Shown here: positions 7,800-8,324 of the stretch, piece after piece | Layout of the letters: each line of letters begins with the position of its first letter | Position numbering within the stretch: the stretch's first letter is position 1 | Origin: Geosiphon pyriformis uo1 | Taxonomy: Eukaryota > Fungi > Glomeromycota | Direction: 5' to 3' | Assembly: GCA_016748015.1 (NCBI GenBank) | Contig: JAAOMT010000167.1 | Coordinates: 1 to 8,324, forward strand | Length of the DNA: 8,324 bases | Translations under genes and position numbers: made by a program | Notes under the pieces: model-generated | Seen by the model: only the letters and a program-made list of their open reading frames with translations | Told to the model about the DNA's origin: nothing | The model's database searches: none

Positions 7800-8324
7800 A
7801 TGTTAAAAGGAAATATGGCAGCTAGAGTGGTGTCTTTGGTAATAGTGGCTGGTGGGATATTGCTTTTTGTTTACTTAGAAGATTGGGAGATTTGTTCTAT
7901 ATTCCTCTCTTCTACAGGTGTAGATTTATCAAAACCCTGGTCTTCCATAAAACCGAGATAGGAAGCTTGATTCAGGTATCCAGTTGGTGTTGGTCGAAAT
8001 TGGGCAGGACCACAAGGGATTGGTCGAGATGGTCCACTGTTGGTTTGCACCTGATTGTTGTTGAAATTCTTTCATTCTTGATTATAGTTTATAGCTCGAG
8101 GTCTGAACGGACTGTAAGGGGAAGTTTGATAGTGAGGGATTGCTTGTGTCATTGGTGGTGGTTGAGTGTACGGGACTTGTTGTGTGTATAGGGGCAGTTG
8201 ATTCTGAGGTATAGTATATTGGGGTATCATGTTTTGCTGATATCTGAGTTGCTAGTATGGGTTTCTTTGATTTTGGTCCATAATCTTCCTTCTGCAGTCA
8301 TGGGTGATGTGTCCAGATTTCTGG
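7800..8324 (-). pseudogene. C-terminal part of Gag: partial CCHC zinc knuckle plus Q/P/Y-rich linker, in frame with protease
   Basis: The window ends inside a knuckle, (C)QKSGHITHDC at 8294-8324. Low-complexity YQQNMIPQY...YTQPPP...HYQ follows in the same frame as PR. Confidence 0.85.

Larger units (their letters stand above)
969..8324 (-). mobile_element. Degenerate Ty3/Gypsy (Metaviridae) LTR retrotransposon, 5' part outside the window
   Basis: Minus-strand domain order gag(CCHC)-PR-RT-RNaseH-IN, with IN after RH (Gypsy, not Copia). Followed by a PPT and an LTR starting TGTTA. Many premature stops; frameshifts near 7280, 5988 and 3960. Confidence 0.97.

Noticed and set aside
598-8191. Other short + strand ORFs (598-828, 1314-1631, 2235-2513, 2803-3042, 6914-7105, 7551-7754, 7883-8191)
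   Set aside because: They are antisense shadows of minus-strand coding or LTR sequence, with no recognisable domains.
4121-8324. Alternative genetic code or programmed stop readthrough explaining the in-frame stops
   Set aside because: All three stop types occur, they replace different residues (Q, R, W), and catalytic residues are mutated too. This is decay.

Overview
AT-rich eukaryotic DNA, most likely fungal. The protein style recalls Glomeromycotina/Geosiphon repeats, but that is from memory and unverified. Positions ~969-8324 are a decayed Ty3/Gypsy LTR retrotransposon on the minus strand; its 5' LTR, PBS and most of gag lie beyond the right edge. Read through stops and frameshifts, the order is: gag CCHC knuckle, aspartic protease, a ~300-aa Cys-rich insert, a dUTPase with all five motifs recognisable, a second degenerate dUTPase-like segment, RT, RNase H, a stop and new ATG, integrase (HHCC, DDE, GPF/Y, no chromodomain), a hidden ~244-codon non-env ORF3, PPT and a ~947-bp 3' LTR. 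The LTR holds a 10-bp-period array and a 64-nt purine tract. The element abuts, and probably interrupts, a minus-strand Crinkler (CRN)-like PD-(D/E)xK nuclease + kinase pseudogene with a 69-nt intron (1-968). The damage I traced in both is mostly C>T/G>A transitions. No intact gene is present.
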